The notes beneath the pieces are model-generated. The model did not search any database. It was not told the origin of the DNA and saw only the letters and a program-made list of their open reading frames with translations. This document shows, piece after piece, positions 11,327 through 21,005 of a DNA stretch of 64,000 bases. The translations under genes were made by a program, and so were the position numbers. Origin of the DNA: Alphaproteobacteria bacterium (lineage in GTDB: Bacteria > Pseudomonadota > Alphaproteobacteria > SP197); the NCBI GenBank assembly GCA_965228895.1, contig OZ245842.1, positions 2,464,001 through 2,528,000 on the forward strand, written 5' to 3'. Positions within the stretch are counted from its first letter, which is position 1; each line of letters begins with the position of its first letter.

Positions 11327-11869
11327 CTGAAGATCGTCGTCACCTATCTTGAGATGACCGCGCGGCCGCGGCGGCCAACCGTTGCCGCTCCGCTGCGCAA
11401 GCTTGCGGTACTGCGCGCGGAAAAACCGACGCTCTCCTTCTATCGTTATCTCTATGAGACCATCGGCCGGCCGTGGCTCTGGACCGACCGGCGTGACCTG
11501 AGTGACGACGACCTTGCCGCGCTCATTCACGACGACAAGATCGAGATCTACGTCCTCTATGTCGCCGGTGTCCCCGCGGGCTTTACCGAGTTGGACTTTC
11601 GCGGCGAAACCCGTGTCGAGATCACCCACCTGGGTCTTGTGCCGGAGTTCACCGGCCAGGGGCTCGGCCGGTTTCTGCTCAACTGGTCTGTGGACGCCGC
11701 CTGGCGCCCGGACACCCGTGTTGTCACGGTCGAGACCGACACCGCCGACAACCCGCGCGCGCTCGGTATGTATCAACGCGCGGGGTTCAACGTCGTCGGC
11801 CGTGCAGAAGTCGAGCAGACGCCGCGGTCCGAGCTGACCAATCAGCCATCACCGAGCCAGGATCTCTAG
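11327..11869 (+). CDS. GNAT family N-acetyltransferase (start uncertain: CTG 11327 or ATG 11354)
   Basis: FYRYLY..IG..W.WTDR, GLVPEFTGQGLG acetyl-CoA motif, ALGMYQRAGF; the VTYLEM segment starts upstream of the first ATG. Confidence 0.8.
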   Translation: MKIVVTYLEMTARPRRPTVAAPLRKLAVLRAEKPTLSFYRYLYETIGRPWLWTDRRDLSDDDLAALIHDDKIEIYVLYVAGVPAGFTELDFRGETRVEITHLGLVPEFTGQGLGRFLLNWSVDAAWRPDTRVVTVETDTADNPRALGMYQRAGFNVVGRAEVEQTPRSELTNQPSPSQDL

Positions 11870-12002
11870 AGCCGATTTATCCGTTCCAACGGCATCGCAA
11901 ATCGATTCCATAAGGACGGGATCTCTTCGAGGCAGGAAGGCTTGGTTCAAGGCCCGGCGCAATGCCATGATGGCGCGAAAGCAGGGTTCAGCCGGGAACA
12001 TC

Positions 12003-13169
12003 ATGAAACCAGATACGGTTATCGTTAACGCGGGGCGCAATCCCGAGGCCAACCACGGCATTGTCAACCCGCCGGTCTATCACGCCTCGACCGTGCTGTT
12101 TGACACCCTGGCGGCCTTGAACGGGGCCAGCGGAAAAGACTATCGACAGGTCGTCTATGGCCGATACGGAACGCCGACCACCTTTGCGCTGCAGGAAGCC
12201 ATGGCCGCGCTTGAGGGCGGCGACTGGGCGATCACCTGCGGTTCCGGTAAGGCCGCCATCGCGACCGTCTTGATGGCGTTCCTTAAGGCTGGCGACCACA
12301 TTCTTATCAGCGATTCCGCCTACCAGCCGACACGCACCCTGGCGATGGGCATGCTCGAGCGTTTCGGTGTCGAGACGACATTCTACGACCCCATGATCGG
12401 CGCCGGTATTGCCGATCTGATCCAGGGCAACACCCGCATCGTCTACACGGAATCGCCAGGCTCCATCACCTTCGAGATCCAGGACCTTCCAGCCATCGCC
12501 GAAGTTGCCCATGCCCACGACGCGATTGTCGTGTGCGACAACACGTGGGGCGCGGGCTACTACTACAGGCCTTTGACCTTGGGCGCCGATATCTCGATCC
12601 AGGCCGGCACGAAGTACATTGTCGGCCATTCCGACGCGATGCTGGGCATCGCCACTGCGCGCGAGAAACACATGGACCGCTTGTGGCACGCGTTTACGAC
12701 GCTGGGCAACAACGTGGGACCCGACGATGCCTATCTCGGTCAGCGCGGGCTGCGCACCCTGGCGGTCAGGCTGGAGCGCCATCAGACCAACGCGATGAAG
12801 GTCGTTGAGTGGCTGGCCGGTCGGCCGGAGGTCATCCGCATCCTGCACCCCGCCCTGCCCGACCATCCCGGCCACGACATCTGGCGCCGCGACTTCACCG
12901 GCGCCAGCGGCCTCTTCGGCGTGCAGATCAAGGCAGTCGAAGAGCAGGCGCTGGCGGCCATGCTCGACGGTTTGGAGCTGTTCGGCATGGGCTATTCATG
13001 GGGCGGTTACGAGAGCCTGATCGTGCCGTGCGATCTGACGCGCGCGCGGACCGCGACGCCGTGGCAGGGAGACGGATTGCTGTTGAGGCTGCATATCGGA
13101 TTGGAAGATCCCGATGACCTGATCGGCGATCTTGATGCCGGCTTTGCCCGGCTCGCGGCTGCCGCTTGA
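12003..13169 (+). CDS. metC: Cystathionine beta-lyase
   Basis: VNPPVYHAST, YGRYGTPT, ESPGS, DNTW, TKYIVGHSD, GYSWGGYESL. Confidence 0.93.
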   Translation: MKPDTVIVNAGRNPEANHGIVNPPVYHASTVLFDTLAALNGASGKDYRQVVYGRYGTPTTFALQEAMAALEGGDWAITCGSGKAAIATVLMAFLKAGDHILISDSAYQPTRTLAMGMLERFGVETTFYDPMIGAGIADLIQGNTRIVYTESPGSITFEIQDLPAIAEVAHAHDAIVVCDNTWGAGYYYRPLTLGADISIQAGTKYIVGHSDAMLGIATAREKHMDRLWHAFTTLGNNVGPDDAYLGQRGLRTLAVRLERHQTNAMKVVEWLAGRPEVIRILHPALPDHPGHDIWRRDFTGASGLFGVQIKAVEEQALAAMLDGLELFGMGYSWGGYESLIVPCDLTRARTATPWQGDGLLLRLHIGLEDPDDLIGDLDAGFARLAAAA

Positions 13170-13182
13170 CGGATCGGGGCCG

Positions 13183-13884
13183 TTGTTCGCCTTAACCGAC
13201 ATGGAGCGCGAGGCGCTTGTGCTGAGCCTTCAGGTCGGCGCGGTCGCGGTCGCGGCGAGCCTGCCCTTCGGTATCTTGATGGCTTGGCTGTTGGCACGCG
13301 TGCCCTTCCCCGGCCGGGGCGTCGTCAATGGCCTGGTCCACCTGCCGCTCGTCCTGCCGCCGGTCGTCGTCGGTTATCTGCTACTTGTCCTGATGGGCCG
13401 CAAGGGACCGATCGGCAGCCTGTTGTTCGATTGGTTCGCCATCACACTGATCTTCACCTGGGAAGGCGCGGCGCTGGCCTCGGCGGTGGTGGCGTTTCCG
13501 CTGATGGTGCGCGCCATCCGGCTCGGGCTCGATCTGGTCGACCGCCGCCTGGAAACAGCGGCACGGACACTGGGCGCCTCGCCGACACGCGTGTTCGTCA
13601 CCGTGACACTGCCGCTTATCCTGCCCGGCATCATCACGGGCTGTGTCCTGGCCTTCGCACGTTCGATCGGCGAGTTCGGCGCGACCATTACCTTCGTCTC
13701 GAACATTCCCGGCGAGACCCAGACCCTGCCGCTTGCCCTTTACAGCGTCGCGCAGACCCCGGGTGGCGAAGATGCCGCACTCAGGCTCGTGATCATCTCC
13801 TGTGTTTTGGCCTTCGCCGCCCTGGCCGCCTCGGAGATCCTGGCGCGGCGCGCGCAACGTCGCCTGGCCGGAGCGAGCGCATGA
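13183..13884 (+). CDS. modB: Molybdate ABC transporter permease
   Basis: LPLVLPPVVVGYLLL, EAA-like loop ETAARTLGAS, FARSIGEFGAT; start uncertain (13132-13201). Confidence 0.9.
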   Translation: MFALTDMEREALVLSLQVGAVAVAASLPFGILMAWLLARVPFPGRGVVNGLVHLPLVLPPVVVGYLLLVLMGRKGPIGSLLFDWFAITLIFTWEGAALASAVVAFPLMVRAIRLGLDLVDRRLETAARTLGASPTRVFVTVTLPLILPGIITGCVLAFARSIGEFGATITFVSNIPGETQTLPLALYSVAQTPGGEDAALRLVIISCVLAFAALAASEILARRAQRRLAGASA

Positions 13885-14990
13885 TCTCGATCGACGTCGC
13901 CCGCCAGATCCCCGACTTCACGCTATCAGTAAAGATTGATATCGATCGCATTGGAATAACGTCATTTTTCGGCCCTTCAGGCTCCGGAAAAACCACCTTG
14001 ATCAACATGATCGCCGGCCTCGTCCAACCGGACCGCGGTCGTATCGCCGCCGGTGACAGGGTCCTGTTCGATTCCGACCGGCGCGTCGACCTTCCGCCCG
14101 AGAAACGTCGCCTCGGCTACGTTTTCCAGGACGCCCGGCTGTTTCCGCATATGACCACCGCGCGCAATCTTGGCTACGGCATGAACATGCTGGCGCCGGG
14201 CGACCGGCGGCTCGGGTTCGACGACGTGGTCGACCTGCTCGACCTCGGCCACCTGCTGCGCCGGCGCCCGCACGAGCTCTCCGGCGGCGAGCGCCAGCGC
14301 GTCGCCATTGGCCGGGCACTGCTGGCGAGCCCCGACCTGCTGCTGATGGATGAGCCGCTTGCTTCCCTGGACGGTCCGCGCAAGAACGAGATCCTGCCGT
14401 TTATCCAGAGACTGCCGTCCGATGCCGCCATGCCCGTGGTCTACGTCAGCCACGCTGTGGAAGAGGTTATCCGCCTCGCCGATGACGTGGTCGTCATCCA
14501 CAACGGCCACATGCAAGCGAGCGGCACGGTCGAAGACATCATGAGCCGCCCTGACCTGGCGCCGCTGACCGGCCGTTTCTGGGCGGGTTCCGTCGTGCCC
14601 GCCGAGGTGATCGGTGATGACGGCGATTGGGACCTCACCACCCTCTCCGTCCCCGGCGGCACGCTCACCGTGCCCCGTCTCGAGCAGGCGCCCGGCAGCA
14701 AGGTGCGTGTGCGTATCCGCGCACGCGATGTCGCGATCGCCTTGAAGCCGCCCGAACAGGTCAGCGTACTCAATATCCTGCCCGGCACGGTCCAACGCAT
14801 CGTCGAGACGGACGGCGGCCAGGTCGATCTGGTGCTCGATATCGGCTGCCCGCTGCTTGCCAGGATTACCGAAAAATCTCGCCAGGAACTCGGCATTCGC
14901 GAGGGTCTGCCGGTCTACGCCATGATCAAGGCGGTCAACGTCGATCGCCCAAGCATCGGCCCGGCCGGCGACGCGGACGAGACACCATGA
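13881..14990 (+). CDS. modC: Molybdate ABC transporter ATP-binding protein
   Basis: GPSGSGKT, FQDARLFPH, LSGGERQRVA, DEPLASLD, C-terminal TOBE/molbdate-binding region; ATGA overlap with modB. Confidence 0.92.
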   Translation: MISIDVARQIPDFTLSVKIDIDRIGITSFFGPSGSGKTTLINMIAGLVQPDRGRIAAGDRVLFDSDRRVDLPPEKRRLGYVFQDARLFPHMTTARNLGYGMNMLAPGDRRLGFDDVVDLLDLGHLLRRRPHELSGGERQRVAIGRALLASPDLLLMDEPLASLDGPRKNEILPFIQRLPSDAAMPVVYVSHAVEEVIRLADDVVVIHNGHMQASGTVEDIMSRPDLAPLTGRFWAGSVVPAEVIGDDGDWDLTTLSVPGGTLTVPRLEQAPGSKVRVRIRARDVAIALKPPEQVSVLNILPGTVQRIVETDGGQVDLVLDIGCPLLARITEKSRQELGIREGLPVYAMIKAVNVDRPSIGPAGDADETP

Positions 14991-15919
14991 GTGTCGATCT
15001 CGCAGGCATCGAGGCGGCCCGGCAACGCATCAAGGGCGCCGTCAGGCTGACGCCGGTGCTGGAGCCGGCGCCGGTGCGCGAGGATGTCGGTGTCAAACAC
15101 CTGACGCTCAAACTGGAGAACCTGCAGGTCACCGGGTCGTTCAAGCCGCGCGGTGCGATGTCGAAACTGATGACGCTGACCCACGATGAGCGCCAGCGTG
15201 GCCTGATCACCGCGTCCGGCGGCAATCACGGCCTGGCCGTTGCCTATGCCGCCCACCATGCCGGCGTGCCGGCCGTTATCTACCTGCCGACGTCAACGCC
15301 ACCGGCCAAGGCCGACGCGATCCGAAGCTGGGGCGCAGAGGTCATGGTCGAGGGTGCTGTGTGGGACGATGCCAACGCCGCCGCGCTGGCCGCCGCGGGG
15401 TCACGCGAGATGACCTATGTGCATCCCTTTGCCGACCCCGCCGTGATCGCAGGACAAGGCACGCTCGGCCTCGAGATCCTGGAACAGGCGCCGGACATCG
15501 ACACGCTGGTTGTCGCCATCGGCGGCGGCGGCCTGATCGCCGGCGTCGCGACCGCGGTCCGCGCGAAGCGGCCGGATATTCAGGTCATCGGCGTGGAGCC
15601 GGCCGGCGCGCCGACCCATCACGCCAGCCGGGCCGCCGGCGAACTCGTCACCTTGGATGCCATCGAGACACGCGCCGGCACGTTGGCGCCACGACGCAGC
15701 GAACAGCTCAACCTCGATCTCATCGGCAGCCACGTCGACGATATCGTCCTGGTCGATGACGACGAGATGGCCGCCGCCGCCCGCTGGTTATGGTCGGAAT
15801 GCGCGGTGGCCGCCGAACTCAGCGGCGCTGCCTCGCTGGCCGCGCTTCAATCCTGCCGCGCCACCGGCGACCGTGTCTGCGCACTGATCTGCGGCGCGGG
15901 TACGGATGGGATGGACTAG
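14987..15919 (+). CDS. Threonine/serine dehydratase family PLP enzyme (no regulatory domain)
   Basis: KLENLQVTGSFKPRG, SGGNHG, HPFAD..GQGT, IGGGGL; ATGA overlap with modC. Confidence 0.88.
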   Translation: MSVDLAGIEAARQRIKGAVRLTPVLEPAPVREDVGVKHLTLKLENLQVTGSFKPRGAMSKLMTLTHDERQRGLITASGGNHGLAVAYAAHHAGVPAVIYLPTSTPPAKADAIRSWGAEVMVEGAVWDDANAAALAAAGSREMTYVHPFADPAVIAGQGTLGLEILEQAPDIDTLVVAIGGGGLIAGVATAVRAKRPDIQVIGVEPAGAPTHHASRAAGELVTLDAIETRAGTLAPRRSEQLNLDLIGSHVDDIVLVDDDEMAAAARWLWSECAVAAELSGAASLAALQSCRATGDRVCALICGAGTDGMD

Positions 15920-16199
15920 GCGCCCGAAGACACGCGCCGCATCTCTCTGAAGCGACAGACCGCACCGCACATCATGCGTATGGTGGTAAAACCACATCGG
16001 CAATCGACCTCAATCGATCACGCAGGTGTGACTGGATCAACCTGACGTTGATGATTCTGCTATCGCCAAACAATCTAGACGGACGCATGATAGAGGTAAC
16101 AACACGTCAACATTGCCGACCATCCACAATCAGCCGGGGCATCGCGCTGTCGGGTGAAGAAAGGCAAGGACAGCAGCGGCAGTCTTGGGGGGCTGGGAT

Positions 16200-17501
16200 A
16201 TGCCGGACATCAGAACCGGGTTGGCGGCGCGAACCTCGATGTTGCGGGGAGTTGTCGTCTGCCTTGTGGTGGCGGGCTTCGTCCTTTCCGGATGCACCAG
16301 AGTCTGGCTGGACCCTTACATCAACTTACCCAATCGAGAACTATCCGAGGGTTACGAGCCCTCTGACGGTTTTCCACAACTGCTGATCGCAGCACAGCAG
16401 GCCGAGGAACTACGACGTACCGCGTCAAAGTACCGGACCGACCTTGTCGAAAAGCGGTCGTTGCTGTCCTACGGCGCCTTCGGCGCGGCTGCCGCCGGTG
16501 GCATCGCGGCTCTCTATGGGGCGCATTCCGATCTGGTTCTTGGTCTCGGCCTCGGCGCCGCCAGCGCCTATGGCGCGGGCACCTTGTTCACAAGCACAGA
16601 TCGCATTGACACATACTCCGCGGCGAACAAAGCCCTCAACTGTGTTGTCGAAACAGCGGATTCCGTGCTGGCGACCGCCGCAAAGCTGGACGCGATGATC
16701 GCAATTGACAGCACCGCCTCACTTGACATGCAAGCTCTAGAAGCAGCCATCGCCGATGGATCGACCGCGGACAACAATGTAAACGCCGATGCTTCACTTG
16801 TTGAACTCAACGCCCGGACATTTCAGGCAATGGACGAATATCTGGCAGCAAAGAAAAACGTCGACATGTTCAGGGCACTTGACCCTGAGTTCGCCGTCGC
16901 TGTGACCCAGACCAGAGATGTCATCATTTTTGCCATGGAAGAGCGCATCCGTCAGTCTCAGCCGAGCCTCGCCAACATCCTCCAGGTCGCACAAGGCATC
17001 GGTGTCTCGGGCGTCAACTACGTTCAGGAAGTCACGGCGGTAGAAATTGACAGCAGCCAAACACTCAGCTTCGAAGAGCCGGAAGCGGTTGCGCTGAGCG
17101 CGGAGCAACTCAGCGAGACCGTCAAGGCAATCAACGAAGCGATCGATGAGGCAACCAACAAGATGGCGCAGATCGGCAACACCTGCATCTTCGAGCAAGC
17201 TCCGATTGCGCCTCTGACAGTAATGCCTGCGCAGATTACCTTAACCGCAGACCAAACAATTACTTTGGATATCACCGGTGGGAAAGAACCCTTTATCGCC
17301 ATGTGGCAGGGTGCGAACCAGCCGACCGATAAACAAATCGAGGTTGTGGTCAGCGGAAGGCAAGTCGTCTTGGTTGGCAAATCGACGCTTGACGACATCG
17401 CGGCTCAATCCGAGTTCGTTCTGGTCATTCGCGATACGCTGGCCGCGCCTAAAGAAGGGCAGGTCAAAGTGACGGTCCCTAAGGCTCAGAACTCCAGTTG
17501 A
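16200..17501 (+). CDS. Hypothetical lipoprotein (glycine-rich hydrophobic hairpin, helical middle, beta-rich C-terminus)
   Basis: Long ORF; signal peptide with lipobox VLSG-C; start 16200 or 16239. Confidence 0.75.
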   Translation: MPDIRTGLAARTSMLRGVVVCLVVAGFVLSGCTRVWLDPYINLPNRELSEGYEPSDGFPQLLIAAQQAEELRRTASKYRTDLVEKRSLLSYGAFGAAAAGGIAALYGAHSDLVLGLGLGAASAYGAGTLFTSTDRIDTYSAANKALNCVVETADSVLATAAKLDAMIAIDSTASLDMQALEAAIADGSTADNNVNADASLVELNARTFQAMDEYLAAKKNVDMFRALDPEFAVAVTQTRDVIIFAMEERIRQSQPSLANILQVAQGIGVSGVNYVQEVTAVEIDSSQTLSFEEPEAVALSAEQLSETVKAINEAIDEATNKMAQIGNTCIFEQAPIAPLTVMPAQITLTADQTITLDITGGKEPFIAMWQGANQPTDKQIEVVVSGRQVVLVGKSTLDDIAAQSEFVLVIRDTLAAPKEGQVKVTVPKAQNSS

Positions 17502-17540
17502 TCCTCGACGCCGGCATAGGAACGAAAGAGGTGCCGAGCG

Positions 17541-18188
17541 ATGTGCACAAGACATGACGTACTGAGATTTTCAATGTGTGAAGAGATTACGCAGAGAGAC
17601 GTGGAACGGCCACGCTCCTTTTTACTTGCACGTACGGTCATTCTCGTTTTGTCCGTGCTAGCGTCAACCTCACAAGCACCTCATGCGGAAGAGCTTTCTG
17701 CGCCGACCGTACGCTACGAAACCATACCGATGTTGGGTGTGTTCAAAGGCGAAGGCGACCCCAATGAGACGGCTGATTGGTGCAAAGGTCTAACGGTTGA
17801 TTTTTTGAGCGAGTCGGAACGCGAGACCCATCGCCTTACCGTCCAAGACGGAAAGATCATCAATGCGGACGGCGCACCGTTCGACACGAGCAGTGACGCC
17901 GGAACTGGTAGCCAGTCGTCACGAGCAATTTTTATCATGACAAGTGACGGAGCGTTGTACGCATCCAAACACAGCGCGCGATGCAAATTTCATCACTCGT
18001 CCTTCTTGGCTGGTGCGCCAGTGGCAGCCGCCGGAGAGATTGAAGTGAGAGATGGCCAGTTGCTATTTCTGTCAAACGACAGCGGCCACTATGAGCCGCC
18101 ATCTTCCATTACCGAGCAAGCACTGTTTGAGTTTGAACGCCTTGGCGTCGACACAAGGCACGTCGAAACGGAATGGATTGCCTATTGA
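17541..18188 (+). CDS. Secreted protein with HHSSFLAG..AAGE..SNxSGHYxP toxin-like domain
   Basis: Signal-peptide-like RPRSFLLARTVILVLSVLASTSQAPHA-EE (probable start GTG 17601); motif-rich C-terminal half. Confidence 0.7.
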   Translation: MCTRHDVLRFSMCEEITQRDVERPRSFLLARTVILVLSVLASTSQAPHAEELSAPTVRYETIPMLGVFKGEGDPNETADWCKGLTVDFLSESERETHRLTVQDGKIINADGAPFDTSSDAGTGSQSSRAIFIMTSDGALYASKHSARCKFHHSSFLAGAPVAAAGEIEVRDGQLLFLSNDSGHYEPPSSITEQALFEFERLGVDTRHVETEWIAY

Positions 18189-18298
18189 CGGTCGGCGAAC
18201 TGCCCAACGAGCAAACGACTTGCGTGATTACTCCGGCGGTCGCGGCACCGGGCTGACCGGCGACATGACGAAGAACGCGCCTGACATCGTTGGTGGAT

Positions 18299-18330
18299 GC
18301 AGCGATTCGACATCGCCGTTGAATCGCTGC
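18299..18330. promoter_or_regulatory. Perfect 10-bp inverted repeat hairpin upstream of the 70-aa gene
   Basis: GCAGCGATTC-N12-GAATCGCTGC. Confidence 0.5.
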
Positions 18331-18352
18331 CTAGCATGAGGGAGAGGAAGAG

Positions 18353-18565
18353 ATGGCAAAGGTCGTTGTCGAAGACTATCTGGTTGCCTGGAACACCGGC
18401 CAGGATGTCGGGGCGATAAAAGTCAAAGGCGCGGGCAAGAGAACCTACAAGAAGGTGAAGCTGACCAGCGCCCACGAATTCTCAGCACTCCTTGCCCTGC
18501 TGCAGGGACCGAAGATTGTCTATTACGATGACAAGACAGGCAACTTCGGCACGACAAAAAGCTGA
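18353..18565 (+). CDS. Small hypothetical protein (70 aa, basic)
   Basis: Strong purine-rich RBS (GAGGGAGAGGAAGAG-ATG) and host-like codon usage. Confidence 0.7.
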   Translation: MAKVVVEDYLVAWNTGQDVGAIKVKGAGKRTYKKVKLTSAHEFSALLALLQGPKIVYYDDKTGNFGTTKS

Positions 18566-18615
18566 CAGCCAGACCGTCGGGTCCGCTGACAGTTCGTCGC
18601 CCCAGACACGCGTGC

Positions 18616-20439
18616 CTACTCCGCCGCGACGACCTTCTTTTCGTCGATTTCGGCCTGGTGTTTGGCGCGGGCTTCGGCCTCGCCCTTGGCCTTGGCGACG
18701 GCGGCGCGGGATGACTCATTGAGCGCGAACATCTCAAGGTCTTCCTCGGTCGCGTCGTCGACCGGGGTCAATGCCAGGTCGGTGTAAACCTTCGACGCCG
18801 GATCGTTCTGAATGCGCTTCCTCAAGCGGTTGATCTTGAGCGCGTAGAGGCCGATCGCACTGTATTTGACGAGACTCTCGATCAGGTATCTCGGATAGAA
18901 GACGATCAGGTTCTCGCGCGGCAGTTCGGGCCGGCGCTGGGTCCGGACCTTGCGCCGGAAGTAACCGCACTGTTGCGGGTGCACCTTCTCGTACTTCATG
19001 GCGCAGTGGATCTGCAGGCAGTTGATCATGACGCCGTGGGGTTTGATGCCGCTGGCGACCGCGCGCTTCATCAGCCGCTCGACGTGATCGGGACTGTAGT
19101 AGACGTTCCAGGCTTCACGATAGAGGTCGTCCCACTCTTGTTCCGACATCTTGGAATGTGCCGTCGTGACATGTTCGAGATCATACTTGTTCATGTCCGG
19201 GTCCATCCACACGCCGTTCGTGTGGAGCACCTTGTGGTCCTCGGATCCCGGCAGCGGCGTCAGGATGGTGAAGCCGAGCAGATCGACCGGCAGCTCGCGT
19301 TTGATGATGTCGATATCGCGACGCACGGTCTGAGGCGTGTCTTCGGGAAAACCGATAATGAAACCGGCATAGGAGATGATGCCGTGGTTGCGCCACTTCT
19401 GCAGCATCGTGCGGTATTCGGTGATCCGGTTCTGCGCCTTCTTGGCGGCCTTCAGGTTGTCCGGGTTGATGTTCTCCAGTCCGATGAAGACACGCTTACA
19501 GCCGGCGCGGCGAGCCTTCTCAACGAAGTTCTCGGTCTTGTGGGCGAGCACGTCGACCTGGATGATGAAGCTGATGGGGATCTTGTGGTCCTCGCGCAGC
19601 TCGATCATGCGATCGAAGATCTCTTCCCAGTTCTTGTTGCGCGCGAAGTTGTCGTCGCTGATGAAATAGCGCGTGATGCCCTGGGCGTGGTTGGCGCGGA
19701 TGATCTTTTCGACATCGTCGCCGGACCGGTAACGCGAGATACGCCCCTGCACGTTGATGATGGTGCAGAACGAGCACTGGAACGGACAGCCGCGCCCGGC
19801 ATCGAAGCTGGCGTGGGAGCCGTCATATTTATGGACGAACTGGTCGGGCAGAAACGGCGTCAGCTGCTCCTGCAACGTCGGCAGCTTGTGCATGTAGTTG
19901 TAGACCGGCTTCAACTCGCCCCGGTCGGCATCGCGCAACACCTCGTCCAGATGCTCCTCCGCCTCGCCGGCGAAGATCGAGATGCCCATATCCATGGCTT
20001 CCTGGATGTCCGGCGGCACGTCTTTCAGCATGGCGAGACAGCCGGAAACGTGAAAGCCGCCGACGGCGCACTGAATGCCGGCGGCGCGGAACTGGCGCGC
20101 CAGATCGACGGCGCGTGGGAACTGGTTGGACTGCACCCCGACCAGGCAAACCAGGCCGCGATTATCGTTTTCCTTGAGCCGGCGGATGATCTGCTTGACC
20201 GGCACCACCGTGTTGACCTCGTCATGCGGGTTGATGACGAGCTCGGTATCATCCCCCAGAATCCTACGCTCGGCCATGACCTGACCGATGCCATAAAGGC
20301 AGGCGAGCGAATTGGACGGGATCCACGCCTTCGCCCACTGAATGACATAACCGTCGTCGTCGTAATGCGATGGCTTGACGAGTTCCAGATAGAATTTCTT
20401 CGTCGCGGTCGCGGCAACTGTCTCGGTGCTCTGTTGCAT
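18616..20439 (-). CDS. B12-binding domain radical SAM protein
   Basis: GRGCPFQCSFC (CxxxCxxC), GGFHVSG, DDNF, FIGLEN, GFIIGFP, TPLPGS. Confidence 0.9.
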   Translation of the reverse strand: MQQSTETVAATATKKFYLELVKPSHYDDDGYVIQWAKAWIPSNSLACLYGIGQVMAERRILGDDTELVINPHDEVNTVVPVKQIIRRLKENDNRGLVCLVGVQSNQFPRAVDLARQFRAAGIQCAVGGFHVSGCLAMLKDVPPDIQEAMDMGISIFAGEAEEHLDEVLRDADRGELKPVYNYMHKLPTLQEQLTPFLPDQFVHKYDGSHASFDAGRGCPFQCSFCTIINVQGRISRYRSGDDVEKIIRANHAQGITRYFISDDNFARNKNWEEIFDRMIELREDHKIPISFIIQVDVLAHKTENFVEKARRAGCKRVFIGLENINPDNLKAAKKAQNRITEYRTMLQKWRNHGIISYAGFIIGFPEDTPQTVRRDIDIIKRELPVDLLGFTILTPLPGSEDHKVLHTNGVWMDPDMNKYDLEHVTTAHSKMSEQEWDDLYREAWNVYYSPDHVERLMKRAVASGIKPHGVMINCLQIHCAMKYEKVHPQQCGYFRRKVRTQRRPELPRENLIVFYPRYLIESLVKYSAIGLYALKINRLRKRIQNDPASKVYTDLALTPVDDATEEDLEMFALNESSRAAVAKAKGEAEARAKHQAEIDEKKVVAAE

Positions 20440-20691
20440 TGGCTAACCCCTGCGCCAAGTGGCGCACGATGAATCCTGTGCGCCAAAAAGGAATGAGACC
20501 AAAACGAAAGCTGTTAATTCACCGTCACATAATTGAAATGGAAAGTAAATTAGAACCGGTCAAACTCCGGGTAAGTAGAAAACCGTCTCGGACTTTCAAT
20601 TGCCAAGCAAGTATTGGCGACTTCGACGGTTCACACCGCCGCCAAAGCCCAGCTTGCTCCGCGTTCCCACATCGCTGGAACGTGCCGCACC

Positions 20692-20949
20692 ATGACGGAT
20701 AGAACCATCAAACGCCGCACGATCCTGGCCGGCACCCTCGGCAACGCGCTGGAGTGGTACGACTTTGCCATCTACGGCTTCATGGCGCCGATCCTGGGCC
20801 AAGCCTTCTTTCCGGCCGAGGACAAGGTGGCCTCGCTGCTGGCCGCCTTCGGCGTCTTCGCGCCGATCTATTACTTCATGGCGGTGGCGCTTCTGCAGTT
20901 CATCGCGCTGCTGGGTCTGAAGGAGATGGCCGGCAAGCCGTTGCTGTGA
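20692..20949 (+). pseudogene. MFS (ProP/MHS-type) transporter remnant with in-frame internal deletion
   Basis: N-terminal GNALEWYDFAIYGF..FFP..LLAAFGVF joined directly to a C-terminal-type helix APIYYFMAVALLQFIALLGLKEMAGKPLL; 85 aa versus about 430 aa expected. Confidence 0.8.
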
Positions 20950-21005
20950 CGGCGGACCGACCGCAGGACGTTGGCCGCATGGCCTCCCTGCCGGGTTGTG
21001 GCGGC

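Noticed and set aside
13284-13880. Long N-terminal extensions in the ORF track (modC 568 aa, mrpD 632 aa, yqjG 430 aa, dehydratase 430 aa, coxS 229 aa)
   Set aside because: Extensions overlap upstream genes and lack homology; true starts sit at coupled or RBS-preceded ATGs.
15920-18615. Integron cassette array explanation for the orphan genes
   Set aside because: No RYYYAAC..GTTRRRY attC structures recognised in the spacers, and no integron integrase in the window.
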